Shown piece after piece: positions 50,873 to 64,000 of a stretch of 64,000 nt of DNA. The position numbers and the translations under genes were made by a program. The notes under the pieces were generated by a model. It was given only the letters and a program-made list of their open reading frames with translations, was not told the DNA's origin and searched no databases. The first letter of the stretch is position 1. Each line of letters begins with the position of its first letter. Origin of the DNA: Lama glama (lineage: Eukaryota); assembly GCA_028534125.1 (NCBI GenBank), contig CM052818.1, forward strand, positions 29,142,001 to 29,206,000, given 5' to 3'.

Positions 50873-53800
50873 CTGCAATATGAATCAGAACCTGTTGTGT
50901 GGCTGGGTCTCATTTTAAGGAAATGAGAATATTCCTAGAAAGCAGTTGATCAGATAATTTCAAGGGAACATCTCAAATGATCAGTACCTTGTACTCTCAA
51001 GACCTAGAGGGAATTAAAAGATCACGTAGTCCTCTCGGCACATGATGTATATGTTCTAAAATTAGATTGTAGTGGTGGTTGTGCAACTCTGTGAATATAC
51101 TAGAAACCATTGAATTATACACTTTAAATGGGTAAATTTTGTACTACATAAATTATATCTCAAAAAGCGGCTTTAAAAGTTGGTGTTATAAGAAAGGAAA
51201 AAATGTATCAGCAGGAACTTACAGTAAACTTCATATGACTGAAGATAATGTGTGGCATCCTTATTAATTGTCTTCAATGAGGAAGGAACTAGAGGAATTT
51301 CGGTAAAAGGTCATTGGAGTTTTTCTCATCATGGGAAAGTATGGAGACTGTGTGTTTAGGTCTCCTGGTAACAAGTGGAATCTGGAGTATCAGTCATAAG
51401 AACAAAGAGCACTGCCTTATCCAAAACGATCTTTGCCTAACCCAATAGTCTATTTATGAGAATGATTCAGTAGGGAGGCAATGACTGCCCTCTGTGACAC
51501 TGCTTTAAGGTTAGGAATATGACACCAAATTCCCCAAATCATTTTTCTTAATACATTGTGGACTATTGACTAATAAATTTATCTAAGTTAATTTTGAATC
51601 AATTTATGTTTTCAGCTTGTTCTAACAAATTCCATATGCTTCTCAATTTGCCTTGGATGATATGAGTGTAATTTCTGTGTGGAGGCAAAGTCTGGCTTAT
51701 AGAACTGTGATGTCCCCACATCTCTGATACTCACCACCCTTTCTTCCATAATGCTGTCAAAAGCCTCTCTATTTTTAGTAGAGGCAAGAGTTTCCAACTC
51801 TCCTTCTCTGTCTGCAAGTCTTTTGCTTCCACTGCCTCCTCTGAGTTTGGGCCCTCATTCTAGCTTGGAAAACTAAGGTAATGATAGATATAGAGTACTA
51901 TTGTACTGGATACATGCAACAGTCAGGGGCCCTGGGACATCATGTCAGTACACAGACATGGAAACCGTCACTTTTCGAATCCATCCAGTTCAATTTTATA
52001 CACGATGAAACTGTGGTCCAAGGAGAAGAAATCATTGTTGCAGAGTCACAAAACTAGCCAACAGCAAGACTAAAAGTGATGTCTTGATTCCCAACCATCC
52101 TGCTTTCAAAATTACCAAGCTGCCTCTCAAATAACCCTCAACTCATTATAACCCTCATCTCAACCCCTTTGAGCCTCCTTCTTCTGATTTTATTTGTGGT
52201 TTGACCAGCACTGACCTCACCATCCTGTCTGGTCTCACCCATGTCTTCTTCATCCTGGTCTGGTTCGAACGTGGTGCCACGGTCAACAACATCCACGCCA
52301 GCCTGCACCCTGGGCTTCTCATTCTCCCACTTGGCAAAGCCTTTGTCCTTAGCTGCTTTGTTGTGGAACTTGGACTTCATTTTGGGGAAAGTGTGGGACC
52401 CTGAGTCCCCCCAGCCAGCTTCTGACCACACAGGTTCGGTCTGGGTGGCCTGGCTGGTGGTGGTCCTTTGCAGCCTCACAGAGATCTTGCGAGAGGAGCC
52501 TGTGACCAGTGTGATGGCTCTGCTGTCCAGGTCTCGGTGTCCAGCAGCAACGCCAGGGAACTCGAATACCTCATCCTGCACTGGAAAGGGAAGAATTACT
52601 GTAATTATTGTGATTATTTGACATCTGACTGCTGCATAGCAAGCCATCAAAGTTGCTGCAAACAACAGGAGTCTGACAGGAAAGGTCCTAGAGGAAGAGA
52701 CAGAATGAAACTGGCCACAGGTGAACTGCATGTTAGTGAGACCTGAAAGCAGACAGAAGCATATGGGATTCAAGGGCTTTTGCCACTGCTGCTGATCCTG
52801 AAGAAGGCCTGGGTGTTTAGAATGGCCCTGACCAGCTTTAGATCCGGAACCCCACTGAGGTGGAGGTATGGGAAGGTTAGCAGAGAGAAATCGCAGGAGG
52901 AAAGAGAGTCTAGGACATTACCTGGGGGCAGCGATGGACTTCCAGGCAACGATCCATGATTACTGCTCAAGGAGGGTGCCCGGGCAAATCTCCTGCAGGC
53001 CAAAACCAGAAGGTCTTTGCACTGTTTGTGACAATTGACTCCACAGTCTGAAACATCCCAAAATATCACAGATGATTAGTGTGAACCACATGCATTTGAA
53101 AGAGTAGAAATCTAACTAACATAACTCACAAAATGGCTTCCTTAATGCTAAGGCTGTTTGCTGACTCATTTTGACACATCTTGTTTTTCTTTTTGTTTAC
53201 TCACTCAATTGCTTTGTTAAAATAGCCCCCAACCTCCCCTATGCATTCTTTAACCCAGAAGCTGTTTTCTAGAAAGAAAGTCATGAGTTGATGACCTCAG
53301 AAGAATGGACAGACCCTAAGGAGTTTTTGTGAAGCCAGATGGACTTATCAAGATTAAGAAGAATCAGCACCACTGCCCCTGTTGTTATCACTCTTCTGCT
53401 CCATCCAGTTTTCTATAAAACCTCAAGACCCCAATTCCAAGACGGGTTCACAGTCTTTGTGGCTTTAACCTGCTGTGATTGCCCTTTGCCTGGCTTGCTT
53501 TCTTGGAAGAAGCAGAAAATAAGGTGAGCATATGTTCAATAAACGTGTCCCAGACTTGACTATGGCTTGGAAACGGCATGTGGCAGATTCTGTGGCCTTT
53601 CTCATTTGATGCTTTAGTTAAGAAAGTAGATATTAATTGCTCCTTGGGGTAGAAAATTTTGGCCACTTCGGAAGATAGCACACAGTTACTTCATGTGATG
53701 ACGGTCCTACATTCCCCTTAGAATCACTGCACAGATACGATCATTTTAAAGGGTTTATTTCTTTTTCACTATCAAAGAGGACTTTTCTCATTATTTCCAA

Positions 53801-56800
53801 TACCCGTTTTCCCTCAAACGGTCTTGTTTCAAATGATTTTGTAATGATATCATGGAAAGATCAAATTGTAATGACATGCCCAGTCTATTTTAATTAGATT
53901 TTTCACTCTATGTGCCTTTAAGAGAAAATACTATATGAACAAAGATGACCCAAGGGTTAAACTGATTTACATCTTCATAAAATTGTGTGTGTCTGTGTGT
54001 GTCTATGTGTGTCTAAGGGAGAAGGGGCAGAAACCAGAGTAAAACTAATGACTTATGGTGGGGCAGTAAGATATTGCACTATCTTTGCTGCTTGAAAGTA
54101 AAAATCAAAGTTAGACTAAGACAACTGATCTAGAGAACTAAAGGGAAGCAGTTTTTTAAACACTAAAAGGTGGCTCTCATGAAGGTTCAAGGAAGCTCCT
54201 TATTCATGTAAAATGAGGGCCAAATACTGAAAGATGGCTGGAGAAAAAGGGTATCCCAAGGGGACAATATTAATCTGAAGGCATTCTGTGTTCCCTTTGT
54301 GGTTTTATTATATTTGACATTATATTTTTCAAGAGCATTATCTGATTCTTAAAAGAACAAGTATAAACAGTCTGCATAAAATATCCAGCAATATCTTAAA
54401 CATGAATAATGTGCAATAATCATACATCTGCAAGTAGCAACACATTCCTATTGCATTTGGCAAATATTTATTCAGTTGTTCTAAATTTCAATTAAATGGA
54501 GGTATATGAACAAATTCATTGAACTGGATCCAAGTTTCTCCTTTTTTCTCATTGTCATCTGTGATTTAGCAGAGAAGGGAATAGCTATGTGAGAGTGGAA
54601 AGAAATGCATAGGTGTTACAGAAATAAGCACAGGTGGTTGTTGTTGTTTTCCCCCTTGAAGGACAGAGTTCTTACATACAATGTTTCCATTAGGCTTGCC
54701 CTCCTCAAAGTTCTCACCTAACTGTGTGCAGATGATGAGCCAGGCATCTTAGAGCTGGGGGCTAGATGTGTGTGTGTTGCGGGTGGTGATAGTTTGCTTG
54801 CTCTTGTAACAAGCCATAAAATTCCAGCCTGGTCTCTCCAAAACTCCAGGGAGTCCTTTCCTGAACACATTAATTCTTCAGTTGCCAGTGGCCCCGAAGC
54901 ACTAAATTCTCTATAACAGGGAGGGGCTTTGGTGGTTTCCATTAGGCAAATTTGAGTCCTGCCCCAAATATCACAATGTAAAATTTTAACAACGAAAGAA
55001 GTTTATTTACCTTTGCATTTGTATCCTTGCTTGATTATGCCCCAGAGCTGTAACAAAAGACAAAGGAATGTCAAGGAATCTGAAGAGAAATCTGGAAAGA
55101 AAACAAGGCCACTGAGAAGGAAGTCCTGGGAAGCGTGATGACTGGTGGAGCACAAACAGGATGTAGCTGCTCCTGACACCCTTCCTGTAGATAGAAGAGC
55201 CCTCTCCCAGCCCACTCCAGCTGGGGCAATAATGGGACTTTTGCTTCCCTTTTCTTTCTGGAAGCCAGATGGGAGCTGGGATGGGAAACTGACGTGGGTG
55301 CATTTCTGGGATTTTGGCATAATGCCCTCTCAGCAAAATTCACCAGGAGAGACTTTGTTCCTCTGCATTTGGAAGCCCCTAGCTCCCTCTGCCTTCTTTT
55401 TAATCACTTCAGCTGCTCTTGGCGCCCCCTACAGGAAATCAAGCGACCAAAGTGGTGCACATCCCACTGACACAACAGCATTTTGCCTGGTTATTTTCTG
55501 AGAAGCATTTCTATCTTGATAGAATACAGAAGAGGAAAAGGTCTTGTATTTATTCATGTATTTATTCTCTGCATTTGCTCGGTGTTTGGCCTGTGCCAGG
55601 GCTATGGGAGATGTAGAAAAGGCTCAGAGTCTGCCAACCAAGTAGAGAGCAGGATGTGCGCAGTGACAAGTGTCTCAGGAGAGATGTGAGGGCCTACAGT
55701 TCACCGAGGGAGTGTTTGCCCAGGGGCATCATCCTGGTGGTGGTGTCCCCGCCCTCTGGACACACTGTGATCTCTGGGAAGAAAGAGTCCTTTCTTAGGC
55801 TTCCCATAGCACTTGCATATGGGAACCAGGGACACCAGGAACACACAGTACTGATGAATTAAATGGGCTTAGCTCAAGTGCGAGAAGCTCCATTCCTAAC
55901 CCTTTACTGGTGAGGTTAAGTGGCTGATATCTACCTCATAAAATGATTTTGAAAGAAACAGGTTGGTGGCCTGCTGAAGCTGCTGGGGTGTGTAATAGGG
56001 GAACAGCACCCTGAGTGTGGGCATCATGGCCTAAGGAGAAGAGTAAGTAGCTGCCGACATGAAGTGACTCAAGGCATTAGGAAGGCTGCTCCTTACCCTC
56101 TTTCTGACAAGGAAATTCCACTAGTGGAGAGTGATTCCTTTGAGCCTTAAAGGTTATTTGGTCCCTCGGAACACATTACTAAGATGCAGATGTCTCCGGG
56201 GACAGAACAAGACAGGAAGGATTATTAAGACAACTAACTGGAAGCAAGGCCTCAGGTGCCTAGGATGACCTGAAGAGCGGTAGGGAGGGGTCAGTACAGA
56301 AAAGGGAAGCAGGTGGATAGGACAGTCACATCTGTCAGAGCTATAAGGATCTTTATGATAATCTAGTTTGCTTCCCTTTTATAATAGGTAAATGTGATGA
56401 TCCAGGAAATTAAATAATTTGCACGGTCCTGCATCTGAGAAGCTTTATAGTGATAAGAAATTTTTCCCTCACAGAGCCCTTGGTAAAAGTAATAACAACG
56501 ATAGCTAAAATGTATTGAACTCTTACTGTGTGAAAGACAAAGTTTTAAGCTATGTGTAGCAACTTAGTTAATGCTCACGCTATCCTTGTTGAGGTGGGAA
56601 GCCCCCATGAAAAAGACAGCAGGACCCCCAGGCAGGGCCAGTACTCTCCTGCCATCACCATCCAGTTCCCTGGCCCAGTGGCATTATCTTGCTTTTTGCC
56701 TCTAAAATGGCTTGGAAAGCAGAACTTACCCTTAAGATTCTATTGGTTCCCTCAGCTAACTCCTGATTGGTCCATTTGTAGTGCTTCATTTGCATGGAGC

Positions 56801-59800
56801 TCACTCCTGATTGGTCCATTTCTACAAAGCTCATTCCTAATTAGTCAACTTTGTTACACCTTATTTGCATATGATGTTGCAAAGTCCAGACTGGCAGCCT
56901 ATAAAAGCCTGTGTAAACCTACAGATAGGGTCCAGAGTTTGGAATGTTAACTCCTTTGGGCCCGCTGGCGTAATAAACCTGAGTTCTCCAACCCTCCAAG
57001 AGCTGCCTGATCTCTCGTCTGGATCCAGGTTGCTGTAACAACTGAGCTGTAACACACTTTGCTGCAACATTGTGAGATAGGTAATAATAATTTTCTCATT
57101 TTTGCAGATGAGGAAACTGAGTTACAGAGATGTGAGGTCACTTGGCAAGATCTCGGAGCTGGTGAGTAGGGAAAGAAGAATGTGAAGAATGTGTCACTAG
57201 AGGGAAAGACAGGAAGCCATTGCTCCTGAACATTTGGTGTGTGATCAGAGCAAAAGCCACTGATCTAGGACAAGAAAGGGTAAGATTTTAGAAGCATCCT
57301 AATATATGGCTAGGGCACATTATTAGCATAACTGCAGGAACTGCTGAAAAAGATAAAGTCAAGCGTGAGTCCCATCAGGAGGGCAAGCCAGGGCATTGCT
57401 TGCTAATGCTTACTTAAGAACCAGGAGACAGCACGAGGCAGGAAGAGGCTCTGGGTCAAAGTGCCAGCCAAGGACAGGAAAAGGTACTTCCCACAGTCCT
57501 CTGATTTTGAGACCTCAGGATGCTGTAAAATTTGGAGTGATTGTGGTGTAAGGAGCACTGGACTGGGAGTCAGGAGACCTGAATATGAGTCATGGTCCTG
57601 CTGCTAATAATCCATGTGACCTTCAGGAAGTCACTTAACTTCTCCAGAACTCAAAATAAGGGGATTAGCAAAACTTTTGCAGTGCTGGAATTCTAATTCT
57701 ATAATCAGCGTATTTCAACTAGTGTCTCTTTGTCTTCTTTACCCTGAAAGTGGAATGTATTTCAAAAGCAGGTGGTTCAGGCACTAAAAAAAAAAAGGAA
57801 TCATTCCCCATAATTCCTTTTAATGACCCTTCTAGAGCATTATATTTATAAATCCCTTTGAAAACCAGGTGAGTTTTTGGCAGGGGGGAGGCAATAATGC
57901 ATTTATTTATTGTTTGAAACATTTTCTTATGACAATAGAGTACCAAATTTGCCGTATCTAAAACACTATTTAGGTTACATGGTCTTTTTTTCTTTCACTA
58001 TTTTTTTGTAGTTTAATTTGTATTAAAGCAGTTTAAATTTCTTTCAGTCACTACTTTGATTATGTAAGAAACACATGCTCACTGTAGATAAATCAGAATA
58101 TACAGATGAACAAAAGAGAATAAGAATCTAAAAATACCCATACCCCTCCTACCTAGAGATAATTATCATTTTTTATTTTGTTATATAAATTCCCAGGCAT
58201 TTTTCTTGTGTGTAAATCAAAATTAATTCAGATTTTGCATAGGACATAGGATATCATAACCAGAAAACCAATGAGCTTTTTAAAAAATATGTGTAAGTAA
58301 AGATCGAATCAAATTGTACCAATGGAATTAAATATATTTTAAAAAATAAAAGGACTATTAAAACTTTAAATGAGTTAATTTTAATTAAACTCCAAAAATA
58401 TCAAGGAATACTAAAAAAAGAAAAGTTTACTCTGAGTTCTGTGACACACATATCTGATATCATTTACATCACAACAACATGGCAGGTAAGTCTTAACTCC
58501 CTCGTATAGATAGGAAAATAGAGACTCAAAGATGGTCAATAACTTGGTCAAGGACATAGAGTTAATAAGGGGCAGAATTGAGGTTCAAAGCCGAAGATTT
58601 CAGACTCCAAGTCCAGAGCTTTCTACCTCATCACAGCTGCATCAGGAACCTAGTACCAGCAAATCTGCTCCGATGAGTTGGGGAGAGGAGTATGGAAGCT
58701 CCCAAGATGGCTCACCTTGCTGCTTCTACAAAACCAATGCCTCCATGGAAGGGAGAGACATCCAGAAGGACTGGACAGTAGAGAGAAGAACTTGAGATTT
58801 GATAAGGCCTACCAGCTCTTACACCACACCACGGGACAAGTGTCTCAACCTGACTTTGGGCTGAGCCTTGCCATGGCCAAACAGATTCCCTGGGCCCCAC
58901 TCTGCAGAGAGAGTTACACATGGCTCCCTCCCATTTGAGCATTTTTCTGGTCTAGATACAGGCAAAAAATCCCACAGAAGAGAAAACATGAAAAAGGAAA
59001 CGTGTTTGTTTTATGATAAAGTGATCAGGTGATGCAATCCCAGTGGCGTAGCTGGTAGAAGAACCTCTCCTTCTCTGAGGTGGGTGAAGAGAGCTGGTTA
59101 GGCTGGTCTTGCCCGTTGACCACATCAGCTGCTATGACCACCTGGGGTCATCTTCAAGGTAACACTGCCTCTTATGTAACCCACTGTCAGTGGGGTGTGT
59201 GCTTGAACACAGACTCATGCCTTTGGCAGCCCCTCTAAAGCTGGTTCTTCAAGAATGAAATGGGAAAATGTAATTTAGTGGGAGCATATATAATATCAGC
59301 TTTGAATTCAATATGTGTCCACAGCAGGGCATGACTGCTGAATGAAGCTGACATGACTGAGCTGGCATCTGGACCAAGGAGCAGTAGCCTCACTCACCTG
59401 GCTGCTAGGCTACCCTCACCTAGAGTACCACATCTTCCATCTTATATAACTCGGGTATCAACTAGAAGAAGTTCAAGAACCTAGGGTATTTGTTTAATAC
59501 CACGGCCAAATCTGACTTTAGTTGCCAAAGAATCATCAAACGTGGGGAAATGAAGTGTACAACCTTCATTTGTTGCAGTGATGCAGGTAGAGCCAGAACA
59601 CCTGCATCTGAGTCCTAGTTCTAGCCATTATTGGCTGCACAATCCTGGGAAACTTGGGTTGTCCTCTCTGGACCTCTCTACCTTCACATGCAAATAGGCA
59701 GAGTAAAATGCCGACCTCATAGGCTAGTTATAAGGATTAACTACACTAATGCCTCTGAAATAGTTCATACTGTCAAGTGCTGAGTAAATGTTATTATTAT

Positions 59801-61586
59801 AACCATCTTCTCTTTGAAAAGATTTTTTCTTCTCTGAGTTATGAATTATTGAGCCATGCCACGATGGAGTTCTAGGGACTGACACGTATGAAAGAAGAAC
59901 TGAGAGGAACTGGCTAATATAAAAACTCCCCTTAATTGCACCCACTTAGTGATGAATTCCAGGGCTCACTGGTCAGAACCTTTCCCTGGCAGGGATGAAC
60001 AGACAAACTGCTCTCTTGACTTAACAGGCCTCACCAACCTTCCCTGTCTTCGCCAGCCCTGCATTCCTAGAAAGAACATAGCTAAATCTGCGGATCTTGC
60101 TTTTGTTTTTAATTGAATTTTTAATTTTAGGGAGTCATCATGTTTTACTTCTGATCTAAGGCAGACAGAGGACTCCGTTACTGCATCATCTTCTTACTTT
60201 CTGAGAATGCTGCACAAATCACTACATATAGGAGAAAACAAGGGAAAACAGACTTACAAATCCTGCACAGTGTTCACAGAAGGTTGGCTTGAGATAGGTC
60301 ATCTCCTGAAAATTATGGACAAATCCTGGTCCCATTTTACAGTGTAGTTGGGACTTAGCTCTCAGGAAGTAAGCCATCATTTCATCTTTACTAATTAGGC
60401 CATCCCTGTGAAGAGAATCAAAGAAAGGAGGGGTCTTTGAATACCATGTTGCTAAGTAGTTGCCACACTTAAATCACTCACCTTCCAAACCTTTTTTGTA
60501 GCCAAAAGCAGGTGGGGAATGTTCACTTCCCTGATACATCTGACAGGAGGAAAGGACCTGAAAGGACAGCTGTTAGGTATTCTTTGTTCTAGTTAAACAG
60601 TGAAGATCAATTAAGGCTTTAAGACCTTTATTATAAAGTACCAAGGCTTTACTTGGTGTGTTGCAGTATTTACAGATTTTTTTTTTAAATTCTCACACCA
60701 ACAAAAATATTAGAGGATTTTAATGTGATATAATTTGAACATTTAACCAACATAAAATCCACTATTTCATTACAAATGATTTTTAGACTAGGAACTAATA
60801 TCACATAATTAAAAATTAAGCAGTAAAATATATTAACATGGTTTCTTGGCAAAAATTTTTTAAATCATTATTTTTTTTAATGATGCAAGTTTTAGCCTCT
60901 AAAGTTATTTAATTTCTCAGTAATCATTTGAAGATAAAGAGAAATATATTTTTTCTTTGTTTCTCAAGGCAACCTTTGAACTAGCAAAGAAAAAAAAAAG
61001 CATGGACACTTCTCAGCTATCTGCAGCCATCACCTGCTCTCCTGAAGACTGTAAGTAATCTAAACAAAAATCTTACTTACTTGGTGACTTTTAAGATTGC
61101 CCTCAGGTCCACTGATGCTGAGGACTCTACAAGGCTAGATCTACATGTTTCTCCTCTATTCTTTTTTGATGGAAGCTTTGGGGTTGATGAACTAACTAAA
61201 CAGTAGAAGTAATATAGGAAATGAAGAGCTGGGCTAATTTGCAAACGAGCACTTGTACTCAACACTGATTATGAGGTCTGCCTTGTGATTCTATCCAACC
61301 AGTCATGTTCATAGACACCAAGAAAAAAAAATCAGTGAAAAGTTAGACATCTCATCAACACGCTAGGACTGAAGCTGTCAAGATGTAAATTAAAGGTTTC
61401 CCTGCTCTCCTGTGATAGTAATTTCCTACTTCAGGACAGTTGCATTACAATATAACAAAATTAAACTTACTGATCTTTGTCCAGCACACAAAAGGAATCC
61501 AAAAAGGGAAAATTGGCAGCTATACTTTCAAAGTCCTCTTGAGAGATGTACCCATCATGGTCATGGTCATAGTTTCTAAACACAGA
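50864..61586 (-). CDS. RASGRP3: RASGRP3 (RAS guanyl-releasing protein 3), 3' part only: complement join(61471..61586,60258..60405,55011..55047,52922..53047,52216..52580,50864..50872); 266 aa + stop; 5' exons lie beyond the window
   Basis: GT-AG introns with consistent phases. Encodes EF-hand loops [12 protein letters not shown] and [12 protein letters not shown], the C1 domain [50 protein letters not shown], a QATQT motif, and ends ...RQDGEDG*. Confidence 0.95.
51050..51178 (+). mobile_element. Old L1 3'-end fragment (L1MB-like)
   Basis: gtggtggttgtgcaactctgtgaatatactagaaaccattgaattatacactttaaatggg. Confidence 0.65.
52216..52580 (-). CDS. RASGRP3: RASGRP3 penultimate coding exon (QDEVFEFPG...ETRQDGE)
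   Basis: Acceptor ttccag|, donor GAG|gtcagt; 365 nt; within ORF 52138..52773. Confidence 0.93.
52922..53047 (-). CDS. RASGRP3: RASGRP3 exon ([17 protein letters not shown]...SPSLPP)
   Basis: Acceptor tttcag|, donor G|gtaatg; 126 nt. Confidence 0.95.
55011..55047 (-). CDS. RASGRP3: RASGRP3 37-nt C1-domain exon ([12 protein letters not shown])
   Basis: Acceptor ttacag|, donor G|gtaaat. Confidence 0.93.
56590..57069 (+). mobile_element. ERV1-type solo LTR (480 bp) inserted in a MIR, in a RASGRP3 intron, antisense to the gene
   Basis: TG...CA ends; perfect 4-bp TSD TTGT (56586-56589 / 57070-57073); TATAAAA 56900-56906; AATAAA 56972-56977; the MIR resumes on both sides. Confidence 0.88.
60258..60405 (-). 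CDS. RASGRP3: RASGRP3 exon ([13 protein letters not shown]...CEHCAGF)
   Basis: Acceptor tcacag|, donor |gtaagt; 148 nt. Confidence 0.95.
61471..61586 (-). CDS. RASGRP3: RASGRP3 EF-hand exon ([19 protein letters not shown]...LDKD)
   Basis: Acceptor ttgcag|, donor CA|gtaagt; 116 nt. Confidence 0.95.
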
Positions 61587-61889
61587 CTGCAAAGGAAACA
61601 CAAATATTTATTGAATGACTGTGAGTCAGGCTCTGAACTCATTACTGGGAAAGCAATGATAACTAGCATATTATTCTTTCTATCAAGGTGCTTGGAATTT
61701 AGTGAGAGATAACGGAATTAAGAAGCCTCTGTGGTACGATGAGATAAGAGCAGTGCTGAGGATAAAGACAGAGTGCTGAGGGGAGGGAGGAGGAAGATTT
61801 AAACAGGTTTTCTGGAAAAAGCAAGGTCTAAACTGAGACCTCAGGGTTGAGTAGCAGTTAGGCTTGGTGAATTCACAAATGCCAATACC

Positions 61890-64000
61890 ATAACAATAGA
61901 AAAAGAAACTTTAAAATGTTAAATTATCCCCAAATCAAAGTATACATTTAATGCAATTCCAATTAAAATCCTAGTGGGAATTTGTTTCAAATGAACAAAT
62001 TGATTCTAAAATTCCAATAGAAGTGAACATGTTGAGACTAGCCTAAAATTGTTTAAGATGACGAGTAAAGACCTTAGGCAAGGGAAACAAAAGCAAAAAC
62101 AAACAACTGAGACTACATCAAAACAAAAAGCTTTTACACAAGGAAAGAAACTGTCAACAAAATAAAAAGACCATCTACTGAATAGAAGAAGAAATTTGCA
62201 AATGATATATCTGATAAGAGGATAATATTCAAAATATACAAAGAACTGATACAACTCAACATCAAAAAAAAAAACAAAAAACAAAAAAAACACCTGATTG
62301 AAAAATAGGCAGAGAACCTGAATAGACATTTTTCCAAAGAAGGCTTACAGGTGGCCAACAGACACATGAAAAGATGCTCAGTATCACTCATCTCAGGAAA
62401 ATGCAAATCAAAACCACAATGAGATAGCACCTCACACCTGTCAGAATGGCTATTATCAAAAAGACAACAAATAACAAGTGTTGGTGAGGATATGGAGAAA
62501 AGAGGACTCATGCACTGTTGGTGGTATTGTAAATTGGTGCAAACACCATGGAAATCAGTATGGAATTTCCTCAAACAATTAAAAATAGAATTACCATACA
62601 ATGAACTCATCTACAAAACAGAAACAGACTCACAGGCTTAGTAAACAATCTTATGGTTACCGGGGAAAGGGGGTGGGAGGGGATCAATTTGGGAGTTTGA
62701 GATTTATAAATGTTAGCCACTATATATAAAAACAGATTTTTTAAAAATTTCTTTTGTATAGCACAGGGAACTATATTCAGTATCTTGTGATAACCTTCAA
62801 TGGAAAAAAATATGAAAATGAATATATACATATACATGCATGACTAGGGGACATTATGCTATACACCAGAGACTGACACATTATAAATGACTGCACTTCA
62901 ATAAAAAAAAAAAAGAACTAACATACAATCCAGAAATTCCCCTTCTGGGTATTTTTTCCAAAGAAAACAAAAACACTAATTTGAAAAGATATATGCACCC
63001 CTGTGTTCACTGCAGCATTATTTATAATAGCCAAGATATGGGAACAACCTGTGTTCATTGAAAGGTGAATGGATAAAGAAGATGTGGTATATGACACAAC
63101 ATTGTGAACTGACTGTAATTCAACAATTTAAAAAAAAGACGTGGTATATAAATAAAATGGAATTTAACTCAGCCATAAAAAAGAATGAAATCTTGCCATT
63201 TTTGACAACATGGATGGACCTAAGGGTATTTTGTATGCTAAGTGAAATAAGTCAGGGAGAGAAAGACAAATATCACATGAGTTCACTTATGTATGGAATC
63301 TAAAAAACAATGAACATACAAAACAAAACAGAGACTCATAGACACAGAGAACAAAACAAAACAGATACAGACTTACGGATACAGAGAACAAACACCTATA
63401 CATGAATGAATAGGTGAAGGAAATTAAGAAGTGCAGACTTCCAGTTATAAAATAGATGAGTCATGGGGATGAAAAGTACAGCATGGTGAATATAGTCAAT
63501 AATATTTTAATATCTTTGTATGATGACAGACGGTAACTAGATTTACTGTGGTGATCATCTTGTGTTTTGTATAGAAATATCCAGTCACTATGTTGATTAT
63601 CTAAAACATCTGGAAGGTCAATTATACTTTAATTTAAAAAATGAGGACTAATGAGGGAGAATGTGCCCTATCAGAAATTAAATATTCTATAACACTACAT
63701 TAATCAAAACATGTATTGCAACTTACTACAGAAAGTACAGTCCAGGAACGGATCCATATACGAATATATATGTAGGAATTCAGAATATCAAAAAGTTATC
63801 TATTCAAATCCACAGGGAAATTATGGATTATCCAGCAATTTCTGTTGAATTAAATAGCTAATAATTATAGATGCATTAAATATTTTAATATAAAAATATT
63901 TATAAAAGAACCAAAAGTAAATAGATGAAAATATTTTTCATGTTTTACAATCTTTGAGTAGGAAAGACCTTTCTTGGCCTGATATCAAAGTCAGATGTCA
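61890..64000 (+). mobile_element. Nested L1 cluster: old L1 host, L1 insert 62069-63637, and two younger L1 3' ends at 62603-62913 and 63093-63135
   Basis: ORF2 C-terminal remnants (WIKKMWY...SAIKKNEILPF.TTWMDL), poly-A tails, and a TSD at each level. Confidence 0.85.

Noticed and set aside
52138..52155. CaaX prenylation motif at the end of the RASGRP3 read-through tail (RVIMS resembles CVIM)
   Set aside because: There is no cysteine, so it cannot be prenylated
61077..61265. Cryptic extra RASGRP3 exon (donor-like CAA|gtaagt near 61080)
   Set aside because: No convincing polypyrimidine acceptor, and inclusion would split the second EF-hand loop, which joins cleanly without it

Overview
Mammalian genomic DNA. 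It is probably from a camelid, judged from two Vic-1-like tRNA-derived SINEs and the absence of recognisable Alu, B1 or Bov-tA SINEs; this assignment is inference. The window holds the complete FAM98A gene on the + strand (8 coding exons, 19156..33546, 517 aa) with its CpG-island promoter and polyA signal. Convergent to it are the last six coding exons of RASGRP3 on the - strand (61586..50864; EF-hands, C1 domain and C-terminal tail); the 5' part of that gene lies beyond the window. The rest is intron or intergenic DNA with many transposon fossils: a near-full-length Tigger1, ERV1-type solo LTRs, nested L1s, MIR, MER and SINE copies. I found no convincing novel protein-coding system. The best leads are an orphan CpG-island promoter about 11 kb upstream of FAM98A, a neighbouring LTR-like element with tandem NRF1-like motifs, a motif-intact solo LTR antisense in RASGRP3, and possible alternative C-termini of both genes. 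Repeat family names come from my recall of consensus sequences and need RepeatMasker/Dfam confirmation.
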